A stretch of DNA of 64,000 nucleotides, from assembly GCA_963845755.1 (NCBI GenBank), contig CAWJTV010000040.1, forward strand, positions 1-64,000. The letters run 5' to 3'. The notes below the pieces were generated by a model. That model saw only the letters and a program-made list of their open reading frames with translations. It was not told where the DNA came from and made no database searches. Origin of the DNA: an uncultured Planctomycetota bacterium (GTDB lineage Bacteria; Planctomycetota; Planctomycetia; Isosphaerales; Isosphaeraceae). The number at the start of each line of letters is the position of its first letter. Within the stretch, counting starts at the first letter, position 1. Of the stretch, positions 1 to 11,974 are shown piece by piece. The translations under genes and the position numbers were made by a program.

Positions 1-289
1 GGGATCTCCGAAGTCTTGAATCCTTCGTCGGCTGTGACCGGAAACCACGTAGGGCGGGGCCAGTCCGGAACGGAAATCGAATGCACCGGAAATCGTGCAC
101 GCTCCGTTCCGTCCATGATCCCGGGAGCAGGATCGGTCCCACTTGTCAGATCCTTCTTGTTTTTACCGACTAGAACCTCAACCTACGGCAAGGAAGTCTA
201 TGCTGGAAGAAGGTCGCGCCCGGACGTCTTGGAAATATTAATTCTCTCGGCGCAAGTGTTACAGGAGGTGACCAGCAAGATGAGGGTTC

Positions 290-952
290 GTGTCCGGGAG
301 CCGACGCTATGAATTGAGCAAGATGGTGGACGATGGCCGGGGTGATGCCGGCTTCGACCCCGAGCTCCTGTTGGTCCTGGCGAAGGCGGGAGACACGGCC
401 GCGCTCGGGCGGCTGCTCGAACGTTATCGCAATTACATGGCCTTGCTCGTTCGAATCCAGATCGGCCGCCGATTGAGCCGGAAGGTGGACGCGGAGGATT
501 TGCTCCAGGAGATCGGCCTCGAGGTTCATCGAAAGATCGCGACGTTCCGGGGCGGTACGGAACGCGAGTTCCTCACATGGGTACGTCGGATGATCGGCTC
601 GATCCTGGCGAACCAGTTACGGCACTTCCTGGGAACCAAGTGTCGGGACCTCCGGCTGGAAAGGGCGCTGGTCGACGAGCTGGACCATTCCTCCCAGGCC
701 CTGAATGCGAGTCTGGTCGCCCCGCAGAGCACTCCGAGTCAGCAAGCCGTCCGGCGAGAGCAAGCGGTGCTCTTAGCCGATGCCCTGCAAGGACTTCCCG
801 AGAATTACCGCGAGGTCATCATCCTCCGCCACCTTGAGGGTCTGAGCTTTCCTGACGTCGCCCAGAGGGTGGGACGGACTGAGGACAGCGTGAAGAACGC
901 CTGGCTCCGGGCGTTAGCCCGGCTTCGGCGCTCCCTGGAGGATCGCTTATGA
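290..952 (+). CDS. ECF-type RNA polymerase sigma-70 factor (planctomycete type, kinase-associated); true start may be ~323
   Basis: Region 2 motif (DAEDLLQE...FLTWVRRM) and region 4 motif ([27 protein letters not shown]); overlaps the downstream kinase (ATGA). Confidence 0.93.
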   Translation: MSGSRRYELSKMVDDGRGDAGFDPELLLVLAKAGDTAALGRLLERYRNYMALLVRIQIGRRLSRKVDAEDLLQEIGLEVHRKIATFRGGTEREFLTWVRRMIGSILANQLRHFLGTKCRDLRLERALVDELDHSSQALNASLVAPQSTPSQQAVRREQAVLLADALQGLPENYREVIILRHLEGLSFPDVAQRVGRTEDSVKNAWLRALARLRRSLEDRL

Positions 953-3810
953 ACGGTCACGACGGGTCGGGAGCGTGGATTCCACGCGATCACAAGTCGG
1001 ATGCCGCGGTCGACACCCATCCACATATCCGGTTCTGGGGAGGCGTCGGCCCTAAGGCCCTCGGCGATTCCAGCTCTTCACGTCCCGGAGGAAGCTTGTC
1101 TCGCGCGATGCCCCCGTCATCAAGCCGCTGGAGTCGTATCTCGAGGCCCTTCGCTCGGGCCGCCCGTGTTCGCGGGAGGAGTTCCTGGGGGAACATCCCG
1201 AGATCGCCGACGCGCTCCTCGAGTGTCTCTCCGGGCTGGAATTCATCCAATCGGCAGCGGTCCAGATCGGCGGTTCGGACGGCGACCGGCCCGGCTTGCC
1301 GGCGGATGCCGTCCTGCCGCGCACAACTCGGTGACTATCGGGTCCTTCGCGAGGTGGGACGAGGTGGCACGGGGGTCGTCTACGAGGCCGAGCAGGTCTC
1401 ACTGGGCCGTCGCGTCGCCCTGAAAGTCCTGCCCTTCGCCGCGGCGATCGACCCGAAACAACGGCAGCGATTCCAGATCGAAGCCCAGGCAGCCGCCCAG
1501 TTGCACCACCCCCACATCGTGCCCATCTTCGGAGTGGGCTGCGATCAGGGCGTTCATTACTATGCCATGCAATTCATCGAAGGCCGTAGCATGGCCGCGA
1601 TCGTCCGCGAACTCCGGTCCGGCGACGAGAAGTTGGCGAAGTCCGCGGCAAACTCCTCCTGGGATTCGTCGATCGAGACCGAGGAGGCCACACCGACGCC
1701 CGGCATTCTCGACGGGACACTCCGATGCGCCGGTCGCGAACCCGTCGACGGCGATACACGCCAGTCGGAGCACGAACGGAGACCCCGTTCTGGCTCCACA
1801 CGCAGCTTCACCCGCCGAAAATGCGTCCGAGTCGCCGACCGCCGCGGAGGCCGTCTGTCAGGATCGGGTGTTCTGCCGATGCGTCGCCCGGCTGGGTGCT
1901 GACGCGGCCGACGCCCTCGACCACGCTCATGGCCTGGGCATCATCCACCGCGACGTCAAGCCGGCAAACCTTCTGATCGATCAGAACGGGGCAGTCTGGA
2001 TCACCGACTTCGGCCTGGCCCGATTCCACAGCGACTTCAGTCTGACCGGGACCGACGACATCGTCGGGACGCTCCGCTACATGAGCCCGGAGCAGGCCCT
2101 CGCTCGACGCGGTGTCGTCGATCAGCGCACGGACGTCTATGCCCTGGGCGTGACCTTGTACCAGCTCCTAACACTCCGTCCCGCGTTCGATGGTCGCGAC
2201 CACCAGGTGCTCCTCCGACAGATCGCCCTCGACGAGCCGGTCTCTCCGCGCCGACTCGACCCGGCCATCCCTCGAGACCTGGAGACGATCATCCTGAAGG
2301 CGATGGCCAAGGATGTCTCGAGCCGCTACGCGACCGCGCAGGAAATGGCCGGCGATCTCAGGCGATTCCTCGACGATCAACCGATCGTCGCCCGCCGGCC
2401 GGGGATTCTCGAATGCACTTGGCGGTGGGCTCGACGACACGGGAAACAACTGGCCTCCGCCGCTGCAATCGTAATGGTCTTGCTGATCATCACGACCGCC
2501 GTCTGCTGGAGATTCTACGTCTCGAGCCGGGAATCGCGAAACCGTTACCTCGCTTACCTGATCAAGAACTATCCCCTCATCGACCGATTCGCCATCGATC
2601 AGGTTCATCAAGAGGCCTCGCTCCTTGCGACCTCGACCGATCCGACGACTCGCAAGCAAGCGTATAAAATATTTGATGAAGTGATAGAACTCTTCAAGCA
2701 AGCCAGCGAGTCCCCCCAACGAACCGGGAATCGCGGATCATCATCGCCCGCGCGTTCTGCCGTCTTGCATCCACACGGACATACATGAGCTTCTGCAGGG
2801 GGACGATGCAAGAACCCGATCCGACGCTCATGTCCGCGGCCTTCTCCGACTATCGCGAGTCCATCGCGCGATTCGAGGGATTAGTGGCCGAGTCGGGCGG
2901 TGATGTCACGGCGTGCCGCTATCTCGCCGATGCCCTCGGATTGGGCGGAATGGGATGCTACAAACGGCTCGCGAGTCAGCCCAAGGAGGCCGAGCAGTTC
3001 TATAGCCGTGCGATTCAGCTCAGGCGGGACCTGCTCCGAGGGACCGACGGAACGTCGGACAAACAGGACCGACCTCGACTCGAGGTCAGCAACGAATGTG
3101 ACGATCCTCTCTGGTTGGTGAGGACCGTTCACACCTTGACGTCCATGCTCGACGGAGAGGGCCGGAAGGAAGAGGCCGAACGATTGCGTCGTCAATCCGA
3201 AGAGGATTTCATCGCGGTGGCCGCGAGGTATCCGATGCCGGAGTTTCAAGGGATCCGGAAGCTGTGGGCCGACCAGTTGATGAAGGACCTGAACTATTCC
3301 TCCGAGCAGTATCTCGATTGCAGGCTGACCATGATCCTCGACCCCAAACGCGCCGAAGCCCTTAACACCGTGGCCTGGTTCCAGGCCCGATTCCCCGACG
3401 ACGCTTCGTTCAAACCAGAGCAGGCCCTCATCTCGGCCCAAAAGGCCGTCTCGCTTGAACCAAGCAATTGGCTATATTTAAATACGTTAGGCGTAGCGGC
3501 GTTTCGCGTCGGCGATTGGAAGACCGCCGAGAAGTCGCTGCGGGAATCGATCGGATTCAATGGTGGCCGGGCCGAGGACTGGTTCTTCCTCGCGATGACC
3601 CGCTGGCGCCAGGGAGAGTGTCAGGAGGCCCGGCGGTGGTTCGACCAGGCCGTTTCCTGGGTCTCCCGGAACAAATCGAGCTATGAGCTGCGACGATTTC
3701 ACGCGGAAGCTGCCGCGTTGCTGGGACTTCCCGAGCCCGATTCCAAGCAGAGTACGCGCAAGATCGAGAAATCGAAGGCGATCACGCCGGAGGAAGGTGC
3801 GCCGGCCTGA
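949..3810 (+). CDS. Ser/Thr protein kinase with C-terminal TPR domain, split over several frames
   Basis: [15 protein letters not shown] in ORF 949-1902; [14 protein letters not shown] and [10 protein letters not shown] in ORF 1562-2788; TPR ([22 protein letters not shown]) in ORF 2785-3810. Confidence 0.88.
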
Positions 3811-4040
3811 TGCGGCGCTCGGGCGCAACTCCGGGGCGATTCCCGATTCGAGGATCCCGAATCTCGGGTCCCAGATGGCCGATTGATACGGATCCGCCTT
3901 CGACTCTTATCGACAGACATTTTCATTCATTTCACCCGGAATTCAGCATCTTCCATCCGATTCCTTCACAAACTTCCACCCGGAACCCGAGCGTGCCCAC
4001 GCACGTGCGGATCTTCGCAGAACAACCGGCGCCGCAGGGT

Positions 4041-4069
4041 TTGACGCCAGCCCGCCCAACCGATAAACT
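4041..4069 (+). promoter_or_regulatory. sigma70-type promoter of the rpsB operon
   Basis: TTGACG-17 bp-TAAACT; same hexamers as upstream of tRNA-Ile. Confidence 0.7.
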
Positions 4070-4180
4070 ACGATTCACGTGGATTGTTCATTCGAGTTCC
4101 GCTACTCGAGAAAGGCCGCCCCGGACCCGACGTCCGGGGAACGCGGCCGGATTCTGACCAACGGCTTCGGAGGGTTTTTC

Positions 4181-5134
4181 GTGTCGCTCGTGGTGAAGGA
4201 TCTGATCGATGCCGGGGTTCATTACGGTCACCGCGCCAGCCGGTGGAACCCCAAGATGAAGCCGTACATCTACGGCAAGCGCAACCTGATTCATATCATC
4301 GACTTGAAAGAGACGGTCCGCGGCCTGCTCCGCGCGATCAAGTTCTTTCAGCGCGTGGCCGCGTCCAACGGGCTGATCCTGTTCGTCGGTACCAAGCGCC
4401 AGGCTGCCGACACGATCATCGATCAGTGTAACCGCTCCGGAATGCCATACGTGACCGAACGATGGCTGGGCGGGACATTGACCAATTTCCGGACGATCCG
4501 CAGCCGGCTACATCGCCTCGAGGAGCTGGAGTCGATCCTGGACGGCGAGCAAGCGCTCAGCTACTCCAAGAAGATGATCTCGACCTTGAGCCGCGAGCGG
4601 CGGAAGATCGAGCGGAACCTCCGCGGCATCCGCCACATGAACCGGCTCCCCGAAGCCCTTCTGGTCATCGACCCGCGACGCGAGCACATCGCGGTGGCCG
4701 AGGCCCGCAAACTGGGAATCAAGGTCGTCGCGCTGCTGGATACCGACTGCGACCCGGATGCGATCGACCTGCCGATCCCCGGTAACGACGACAGCATGCG
4801 GTCTATCGAGCTGCTCCTGAGCCGGCTGACGGAGGCGATCCTCGAAGGCAAGGCGGCGGCACCGGTGGAACCACCACCACCGGCGGATGGCGGCTCGGGC
4901 CGTGGCGATCGCGATCGCGATCGTCGCCGAGGGCCGCCTCGCGGCGAAGGTACCCGCGGGCCGGTGAAAGTGCGCGAGACGGAAGCTCCAGTCACCGAAC
5001 CGGCGACCGCGTCGAAAGCAACGGTGGAGCCCGAGGCGCAACCGCAGGTCGAGTCGGTCGATCAAACCGCCGGCACCGAGTCGGCGACCTCGACGGCGAC
5101 GATCGAAGCGCCCGTTCCCGCCGAAGGCCAGTGA
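4181..5134 (+). CDS. rpsB: 30S ribosomal protein S2
   Basis: [10 protein letters not shown]...[35 protein letters not shown] before GTG. Confidence 0.98.
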   Translation: MSLVVKDLIDAGVHYGHRASRWNPKMKPYIYGKRNLIHIIDLKETVRGLLRAIKFFQRVAASNGLILFVGTKRQAADTIIDQCNRSGMPYVTERWLGGTLTNFRTIRSRLHRLEELESILDGEQALSYSKKMISTLSRERRKIERNLRGIRHMNRLPEALLVIDPRREHIAVAEARKLGIKVVALLDTDCDPDAIDLPIPGNDDSMRSIELLLSRLTEAILEGKAAAPVEPPPPADGGSGRGDRDRDRRRGPPRGEGTRGPVKVRETEAPVTEPATASKATVEPEAQPQVESVDQTAGTESATSTATIEAPVPAEGQ

Positions 5135-5388
5135 GCCAGCCGCGTCTGCCATAAGATGTGGGCGCACCCAGACCGGGGTCCCGATCGATCGCATCCGGGC
5201 GCGCCGGCTTCCTCGGGAAGGGGTGCCATCCTCATCCCGGACGAGCAGGACATCACGAATCGACGGGTCGCTCCCGAGGGCGACCGCGATCGATACCTCC
5301 GACAAGACCAGGCAAGATCTACTGCAACAGGCGATTTCGGTTCGCGATCGCGCGAGTCGCGACGCATCCCGCACGAGAACGAGGAGTC

Positions 5389-5991
5389 ATGCCGATGGCC
5401 GAGATCACGGCTCAGGCTGTCAACGAATTCCGCAAGAAGACCGGGCTGGGCCTGATGGAGTGCAAGGCGCTCCTGAAGGAATCCGACGGAGACATGACCA
5501 AGGCCGAAACCCTGGCCAAGGAGCGAGGCATGAAAAAAGCCGAGCTCCGCGCCGGCCGCGCCGCCAAGGCCGGCCGCATCGAGGTCTACATCCACCACGA
5601 CTCCCGGTCAGGAGTGATGATCGAGCTCAATTGCGAGACGGACTTCGTCGCCCGCAACGAAGAGTTCAAGCAACTGGCCAAGGACCTGGCGCTGCACATC
5701 ATGGCGGTCAATCCGCTGTATGTCCGCCGGGAGGATGTACCCGAGGACGTCGTCGCCGAGCAGAAGCGGATCTTCATGGCCCAGGTGGCCGAGAAACCCC
5801 AGAATATCCAGGAGAAGATCGCCGAAGGGAAGCTCAACGCCTGGTACGGTGAGTCGGTCCTCATGGATCAGATGTTCGTCAAGGATGACACCAAGGCCGT
5901 TCGCGACGTCATCCTGGCGGTGAACTCGCGCACGGGAGAGAACATCTCGGTGGCCCGGTTCGCCCGGTTCGTCGTCGGCGAAGGGCGATGA
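5389..5991 (+). CDS. tsf: Elongation factor Ts (short form)
   Basis: FRKKTGLGLMECKALL, ELNCETDFVARN; follows rpsB. Confidence 0.97.
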   Translation: MPMAEITAQAVNEFRKKTGLGLMECKALLKESDGDMTKAETLAKERGMKKAELRAGRAAKAGRIEVYIHHDSRSGVMIELNCETDFVARNEEFKQLAKDLALHIMAVNPLYVRREDVPEDVVAEQKRIFMAQVAEKPQNIQEKIAEGKLNAWYGESVLMDQMFVKDDTKAVRDVILAVNSRTGENISVARFARFVVGEGR

Positions 5992-6002
5992 CCGCTGCGC
6001 GG

Positions 6003-6110
6003 GAAGGATGAAGGATGAAGGCTAAGTAAATCAAGACCAGCCCTGGACTGACCGAGCCCTCAGCCTTTCCCATGTTCCGACTCATTCTTCATCCTTCATC
6101 CTTCATCCTT
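6003..6110. repeat. Inverted clusters of GGATGAA/TTCATCC heptamer repeats (intergenic REP-like hairpin)
   Basis: gaaggatgaaggatgaagg ... cttcatccttcatccttcatcctt between tsf and pyrH. Confidence 0.65.
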
Positions 6111-6132
6111 TTCTCTCCCAGGATTTGAACTC

Positions 6133-6894
6133 ATGGACTCCACCCTCATGGACGGTCCGCTGGTGTTTCGTCGCGTGCTGCTCAAGCTTTCGGGCGAAAG
6201 CTTTTGCCGGCCGGGCGAAGGGGGCATCAATCTGGAGGAAGTCAGCCGGATTGCGCGCCAGGCGGCCCGGGTCGCGGCCCGTGGCGTTCAGCTCTCGATC
6301 GTGGTCGGGGGTGGAAACATCCTCCGCGGCGCCCAGTTGAGCCGGGGCTCCGACGTGATCAAGGAAGCGACCGCCCATTACATGGGAATGACGGCGACCG
6401 TGATCAACGGCCTGGCTCTGCAAGACGCGATGGAAAAGGAGGGATGCGAGACCCGTCTGATGACGACGATCCGCATGGACGAGGTAGCGGAGCCGTTCAT
6501 CCGACGCCGGGCCTTGTCCCACCTGGAGAAGAAACGGGTGGTGATCCTGGCCACCGGGACGGGCAGTCCGTTCGTCACGACGGATACGGCGGCCGCCCTG
6601 CGAGGCAAAGAGCTCGGCGCCGAGATCTTGCTCAAGGCCACGCGCGTTGACGGCGTGTACTCGGCGGATCCGGAGAAGAACCCTCATGCGGTGCTGTACG
6701 AGCACCTGACCTACGATCAGGTCATGCGGGACCAGCTCAAAGTGATGGACATGACGGCCATCGGCATGTGCATGGAGAATGGCTTGCCGATCCTGGTCTT
6801 CAACTTCAAGAAGGAGGGCAACATCGAACGGGCCATCGCAGGCGACCTGATCGGCACCTGGGTCAGCAATGCCATCCGTCCGAAGTCATCGTGA
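6133..6894 (+). CDS. pyrH: Uridylate kinase
   Basis: [39 protein letters not shown]. Confidence 0.98.
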   Translation: MDSTLMDGPLVFRRVLLKLSGESFCRPGEGGINLEEVSRIARQAARVAARGVQLSIVVGGGNILRGAQLSRGSDVIKEATAHYMGMTATVINGLALQDAMEKEGCETRLMTTIRMDEVAEPFIRRRALSHLEKKRVVILATGTGSPFVTTDTAAALRGKELGAEILLKATRVDGVYSADPEKNPHAVLYEHLTYDQVMRDQLKVMDMTAIGMCMENGLPILVFNFKKEGNIERAIAGDLIGTWVSNAIRPKSS

Positions 6895-7035
6895 GAGAAT
6901 CCTCTCCTCGTGACGGACCGAGGCGCATTGCGACGAACGACGGCCGTGCTAAGATGGACCGGGTGGACGGACAATCGACGGTGGTTAACGACATTGATCG
7001 GTTACGGAGTGTCCGTCGAGGGGAGAGAGCATCTC

Positions 7036-7596
7036 ATGAGTATCGAAGAGATCACATTCGAAGCGGAAGAGCGCATGGAGAAAAGCCTCGCGTTGCTGGG
7101 TGACCAGTTGCGGGGCATCCGGACGGGGCGGGCGAATGTCGGCCTGGTGGAATCGATCCGGGTCGAGTATTACGGCTCGCCGACGCCACTGAAGCAGATG
7201 GCCAACCTGAGCACACCCGAGCCGCAGCAGATCCTGATCCGCCCCTTCGACCCCTCGGTCGTCGGTGACATCGTGAAGGCAATCCAGACCAGCGACCTGG
7301 GCCTGAGTCCCAATTCGGACGGCAAGGTCGTTCGACTCAACGTGCCGCCGCTCTCGGTCGAACAGCGGAAGAAGCTGGTCAACCGCGTCAAGGAGCTGGC
7401 CGAGGAGGCCCGGGTGGCCATCCGCAACATCCGGCGCGACGCGAACAAGCAAGCCGACCTCGAACAATCCGAAAAGACCCTCACCGAAGACGACCTGGCC
7501 AACTGCAAGGAAGAGGTCCAGTCCCTGACCAAGCAGTACGAAACCAAGGTCAACGAGGTCGCCGACAAGAAGTCCTCGGAGATCCTGGAGGTCTGA
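7036..7596 (+). CDS. frr: Ribosome recycling factor
   Basis: IRTGRAN, YYGSPTPL, EEARVAIRNIRRDAN. Confidence 0.98.
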   Translation: MSIEEITFEAEERMEKSLALLGDQLRGIRTGRANVGLVESIRVEYYGSPTPLKQMANLSTPEPQQILIRPFDPSVVGDIVKAIQTSDLGLSPNSDGKVVRLNVPPLSVEQRKKLVNRVKELAEEARVAIRNIRRDANKQADLEQSEKTLTEDDLANCKEEVQSLTKQYETKVNEVADKKSSEILEV

Positions 7597-7623
7597 CGAG
7601 TCCGAAACAGAGCCGCGACCATC

Positions 7624-7653
7624 TTGACCGGCTGGGATCCTGTCACCTATAAA
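7624..7653 (+). promoter_or_regulatory. sigma70-type promoter upstream of the tRNA fragment
   Basis: TTGACC-18 bp-TATAAA, 19 bp before the tRNA-like start. Confidence 0.55.
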
Positions 7654-7672
7654 GGTAGAGACTCAGGATACA

Positions 7673-7693
7673 GGGCGATTAGCTCAGTTGGCT
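7673..7693 (+). pseudogene. 5' fragment of a tRNA gene (Val-like acceptor and D arm); probable island boundary
   Basis: GGGCGATTAGCTCAGTTGGCT matches a tRNA 5' end, but no anticodon or T arm follows. Confidence 0.6.
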
Positions 7694-7775
7694 GGAAGGC
7701 ATGCCATGGATTTGCGTGTGTTCCACGTTGAATCTGAGTGTAATATGCTTCAGAATACAGGGTTGACTCGATATC

Positions 7776-7806
7776 TGTTCGCACGAACATAGTGTTCGTA
7801 CGAACA
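7776..7806. promoter_or_regulatory. Tandem palindromic operators TGTTC-N4-GAACA (LexA-like)
   Basis: TGTTCGCACGAACA (7776-7789) and TGTTCGTACGAACA (7793-7806), just after a TTGACT hexamer. Confidence 0.6.
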
Positions 7807-8098
7807 AAACGGCGGATCTGCGTTGGCCATTCTTGTTGTAGAACTGTTGTAGTGTAGGTTGAAGGGTTCCGTCAACATCGAAGCTGCTATGCGGCATGGT
7901 CCTTTCCCTTCGCATTGCCCGGACCATGCGATACATTCGCTCGTCTGCCAGGTGACTCCTCACCACGAAGGGCTCGTGGATGGAGCCAGCGATCCAGAAG
8001 CAGAGCGAGAGGAAAAGATCGCCCATTTGCTCGACCGGAGCGAGTGACGTCTCTGTGCTCGCCAGCACGAGGTGATCGCGCATGCCACTCAGAGGTGA

Positions 8099-9200
8099 AT
8101 GCGGGCGTTTCATACTCCCTTCTTTGACGATCACCAACGGGTTACTGGACAACCGAATCCGTGCTATTATCAGGGCGTTCCGATCGGGCCTCCGAATTCC
8201 CAGGAGCCAACGGTCATGTGGTGGACGCCTCACGGAAAGCGGGTACTGGGAGGGGCGGAATGGGAACTATTTCGTGAAGGGCTCGAAACGCTCTGGGATT
8301 GGGTCGAGGATTCTGCTGACGATCCCGACATCTCCGACACCGGAACTATTGCGTTCGATCGGCTCCAGATGGGCCAGAAGTTGGCATTGCTGGCCTCGGT
8401 CGGTACCGCATTGAGCGATGAAGGGGTTCCCGATCCCGATCTGACGGTCAACACCGAGTCCGCCGTTGCTGCGGTGTTCCGCCAGATCGCCAGCGAGGTC
8501 GAGCAGGAGATCGACCTGTCCTGCGACCCCGAGTGGTTGGCCAACCTGGATTCGCCCGAGGAAGCGACGTACTGGCGACGGCTCGTGCTGGCGGCTTACC
8601 GCGAGGCCATGCTCCAGGACGAGGCCGAAGCCCTGGCCAGGTCGAGGAGGGCCACCGCAGGAGGGTCGGCAGAGCCGTCCAGAGGCCGCAGGAGGATCTG
8701 GCCGACGGCGAAGAGCGCCTCGATGACGAGGAGGATCCGGATCGGCCCTGGTCCCCGCCCGACGCCACGTCCGAGGACGCCGAGGAATGGGAGTTCCTCG
8801 TGGACGGCCTAGCCAACCGGATTCTCTGGGAGGACGGCGATTACGACGCGGGCGACGATTTCTTGGATGCCGACCCCGCCGCGGCCCGCGTCAGGATGGA
8901 GCTGATGGGTATCGCGCGGCGGCTACTATACCGACATCGCGCCGGACCCGACCGACGAGCAACTCGAATCGATCCGCCGCATACTCCGATCGCTCTGCGG
9001 CCGTCCCGAACCGAAGGCGGCGGGGCTGATCGACGGCATCGAGGATCTCCATCACGACCTGTGTGTCGGCCCCTGTGACGCCCAGATTATCGCCGAGGAG
9101 ATCGCCTGCCCCCTGGTCGAGCCGGTCGGGGTCCTCGGCGACGATGAATTCGACTGCTCGCACGCCGAGTGGGCTGGACTCTTCCGCGCTGAGGTCCATC
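8099..9200 (+). CDS. Acidic hypothetical protein, frameshifted; end approximate
   Basis: Coding-like ORF 8099-8812 continues in another frame (EDAEEWEFLVDGLANRILWED). Confidence 0.5.
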
Positions 9201-9226
9201 GCGTAGCCACAGAGGAACTTCCGGAA

Positions 9227-9550
9227 TTGACGAGACCGGCGGTCGTCCTTTCGCCGTCACAAATCGCGGGCGCCGTCCGGGCACGAGAGTCCGGTAGCCC
9301 CTTGGTGTTGGATGACGACTATCAGGTCGAACGCCGCGAAGGCGGGTGGGTCGTAGTGGATCGGCTCGGTCACACCCCCGTGAATATTCATGAATGCACA
9401 TGGGACGCCACCGCCGATCCTGAAACGCCGCCTCTAACGTTTCCAACGCCGGAGGAGGCCACGGTCGGATATTTGCAGAGCAAAATGATTGGGAATGACC
9501 GCTCGAAGCGACATGGGGCTGCGATGAAACGCCTGGGCCGACAGGAGTAG
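9227..9550 (+). CDS. Hypothetical protein
   Basis: Compact ORF with protein-like composition. Confidence 0.45.
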   Translation: MTRPAVVLSPSQIAGAVRARESGSPLVLDDDYQVERREGGWVVVDRLGHTPVNIHECTWDATADPETPPLTFPTPEEATVGYLQSKMIGNDRSKRHGAAMKRLGRQE

Positions 9551-9726
9551 GGCGGCGGGCCTCGGTAACCTGGCCGCCACACCTAAGGCGAGCTGCCTCA
9601 AGCACCCGGTCAAGACGAGGATCCGGGCCGGTCATCGCGCGGAACAGGACGCCCCTCCGCGATTCCTGACCCGATTGGCGGCCTCTTGGACCGCGAAGAG
9701 ACGAAGAATGCGACGGGACCGCCGCC

Positions 9727-10929
9727 TCATCGCTTGATCAGGTTCGCCGGGATCCGGAAGCGGCAGACCTTGTCGGACCCGATGTTCTCGCCCGGCAGTT
9801 CCAGGTCGAGACGCTTCACCGATTCCAGGGGAACCTCAAAGAGAAGCACGTCGTCCACGCTCTTCCCCGGATAGATGGACGCCTCCTTGGTTCGACCAAC
9901 GATGTCGATCAAGACGTCGAACGACCCCCGCTTATACTTGTTGCCGAAGTTGTCGTGCAGGGAAACTCCGTCGGAGAGTAGTTCAAACCCCGTGCCTCCC
10001 CAGCTCTTGTAATCGATCTTCCGGTGCTTGCTCAGGTTGTAGATACTCAAAGACACGATCAAGCAAGGGTCTTCCGACATTTTGTCTTCACCGAAAATCT
10101 TGCACTTCACACGATCGACAGCCACAGATGTAATCGTGATGGCGACATTTTCATCGCTGGCTTCATTGGGCACGACAACCCATCCCTCGTTCTCGTCGGG
10201 CTTGGGCTTCGACGGCTCCTGGACTTTCGGTTCCGGCGTCGGAAGTCCCGAAGGCTTACTGGCGACCTCTCCAGCTGACGGAGTGGGCACCTTTATGAGG
10301 TCCTCTGGTTTGGAGATTGACGGCTTGGGAGTAGTGGCGGCTAGGAGGGTAGTCGAGCGGTTCTCCCTCGATTTCGCGTCGTCCAAGGCGGCGCCGATCC
10401 CCTTGGCGGCTACACCGGTAATCGCGACCGAGAGGAGGATGCTTCCGACCGACAGGACCAGGCCGACTCCCGACGTGACCACTTTGCCTCGCCCGCTCCA
10501 TAGGCCGTATAGCAGTCCGATCACGCCCAAGAGCCCACCAATCAACCCGACAGGGATCGCCAGCAGCCCCAGGAATGGCACCCAGGCGGTCAGCACGGCG
10601 ATGATACCGAGAACCAGCGCCGCGACACCCACTGAATTGCTCTGTTGGCGGTCCGGCGCGGCGACCTGGATGACCTGCTGGAACGGAACCGCAGGGAATG
10701 ATGCAACTGCCTGGGGCGAAAGATGGGGGAGTGCTGGAGGGATTGGGACAGTCGCCACTATCGGCGGTAACGCCGCGACCGGATTGGGCAGGACCTCGAA
10801 CGGCTCGCAGCTCGAGTCCTCATAGCGGAACGACGTGCCACAAGCGGGGCACCTAACCTTGGTACCATTCGGAACCACCTTGCTGGAGTTGCCAATCCGC
10901 TTGCACTGGGGGCATATGATCTGGACCAT
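9727..10929 (-). CDS. Membrane protein: N-terminal Zn-ribbon, TM hairpins (DUF4190-like), C-terminal Ig-like (DUF4352-like) domain
   Basis: CPQC...CPAC; GVAALVLGII hydrophobic segments; LHDNFGNKY...IYPGKS...LLFEVP; GGGAG RBS. Confidence 0.7.
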   Translation of the reverse strand: MVQIICPQCKRIGNSSKVVPNGTKVRCPACGTSFRYEDSSCEPFEVLPNPVAALPPIVATVPIPPALPHLSPQAVASFPAVPFQQVIQVAAPDRQQSNSVGVAALVLGIIAVLTAWVPFLGLLAIPVGLIGGLLGVIGLLYGLWSGRGKVVTSGVGLVLSVGSILLSVAITGVAAKGIGAALDDAKSRENRSTTLLAATTPKPSISKPEDLIKVPTPSAGEVASKPSGLPTPEPKVQEPSKPKPDENEGWVVVPNEASDENVAITITSVAVDRVKCKIFGEDKMSEDPCLIVSLSIYNLSKHRKIDYKSWGGTGFELLSDGVSLHDNFGNKYKRGSFDVLIDIVGRTKEASIYPGKSVDDVLLFEVPLESVKRLDLELPGENIGSDKVCRFRIPANLIKR

Positions 10930-11289
10930 CGCGGTCTCCCGTAGGATCGAAGGCAAAAAGCCGGACACGACCCTCCTCAACGCAGTACAGCATCTCCGCG
11001 GCCGACCGAGGCCCGAATCCATTCTAAATGACCGTCCCCCAAAACGTATGAGCTGGAACGTGTCGAGGGATATTTATCGGTTTCCCAGAATTCGAAATTT
11101 GGACCAGCCATCAATCGACGCTATCGGCGCTGCTTGCACGCACCAGCTTTGTTAACGCGCCGGCCTCCATGCCGTCAAGGTGCGCGATGCCTTGTTCCGC
11201 GACTTTCCTTGTAAGTTGTGGCGAAATCACTACGCAACCAGCGGACGAGGCGAGTTGTTCCCGATCTCGACCCGACGCTGGGTGATCCC

Positions 11290-11661
11290 TCAACGACATT
11301 TCCTGTCCCGGGGCGCGGGCCCGGCGAGTCGCCCCGGCAGCCCCAGGTGCTCGGCGACCACGTGCGCCAGCAGCGGTCCCTCGAAGTCCGAACCGACCGG
11401 TATCCTGATGCAGACCTTTCCCGTCTTGCAGGAGCCGCCCAACTCGCGATATCGCTCCACTGGCGCCGGCCCTTGGAAGTAGAGCGACACAATCCCCCGA
11501 TGCGGCGCGAAGGCGACCCGACGTGGTCCGTTCCAAGCCTCGATCCACGTCCCCCTGCGAGCCCACGACAGGGGCATCGAGGCCAGGACCTGATCGAAGA
11601 CGAGCCGGGCCCAGGCCAGGGTCCGAGCGTCACATTGTCCGGCGAATGACTGGAAGAGCAT
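11290..11661 (-). CDS. Small DUF1801/YdhG-like protein
   Basis: VAFAPHRGIVSLYF...TGKVCIRI pattern. Confidence 0.4.
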   Translation of the reverse strand: MLFQSFAGQCDARTLAWARLVFDQVLASMPLSWARRGTWIEAWNGPRRVAFAPHRGIVSLYFQGPAPVERYRELGGSCKTGKVCIRIPVGSDFEGPLLAHVVAEHLGLPGRLAGPAPRDRKCR

Positions 11662-11974
11662 CTGCCTCGCCCCGCGGGGATCCGGCTCAACAGAAGAAGT
11701 CGGACCCACGATCCCTTTTCGCCTCGGCCGACGCAAGGGGGCCAGGCCACCTGTCCGGCCATCGCCTCCCCAGCTAATGGACTTGCCGACTCATCAAGCC
11801 CCATAGGGTGCCCCAGTTGGGCCGACCCGTCCTTGCTCACACAGATTCTTCGATGCAGCCCACCACCCACTGTACTCGTCGAGTGATCCTGCTATATTAG
11901 TCCGCATCGGGCACGCGGGGAGTGCCGCGTGGATCTGGGCCGTCGTCCGCGCATTCGATGAGGAGCGTCCGAAG

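Noticed and set aside
131..142. GATCGGTCCCAC identical to the tip of IS21 copy A
   Set aside because: Only 12 bp match and the rest of the IR does not align at the right spacing; likely chance.
8001..8025. ATCGCCCA as the 3' acceptor strand of the 7673 tRNA fragment (intron-containing tRNA idea)
   Set aside because: No T arm or anticodon arm precedes it, and no group I/II intron core is recognisable in between.
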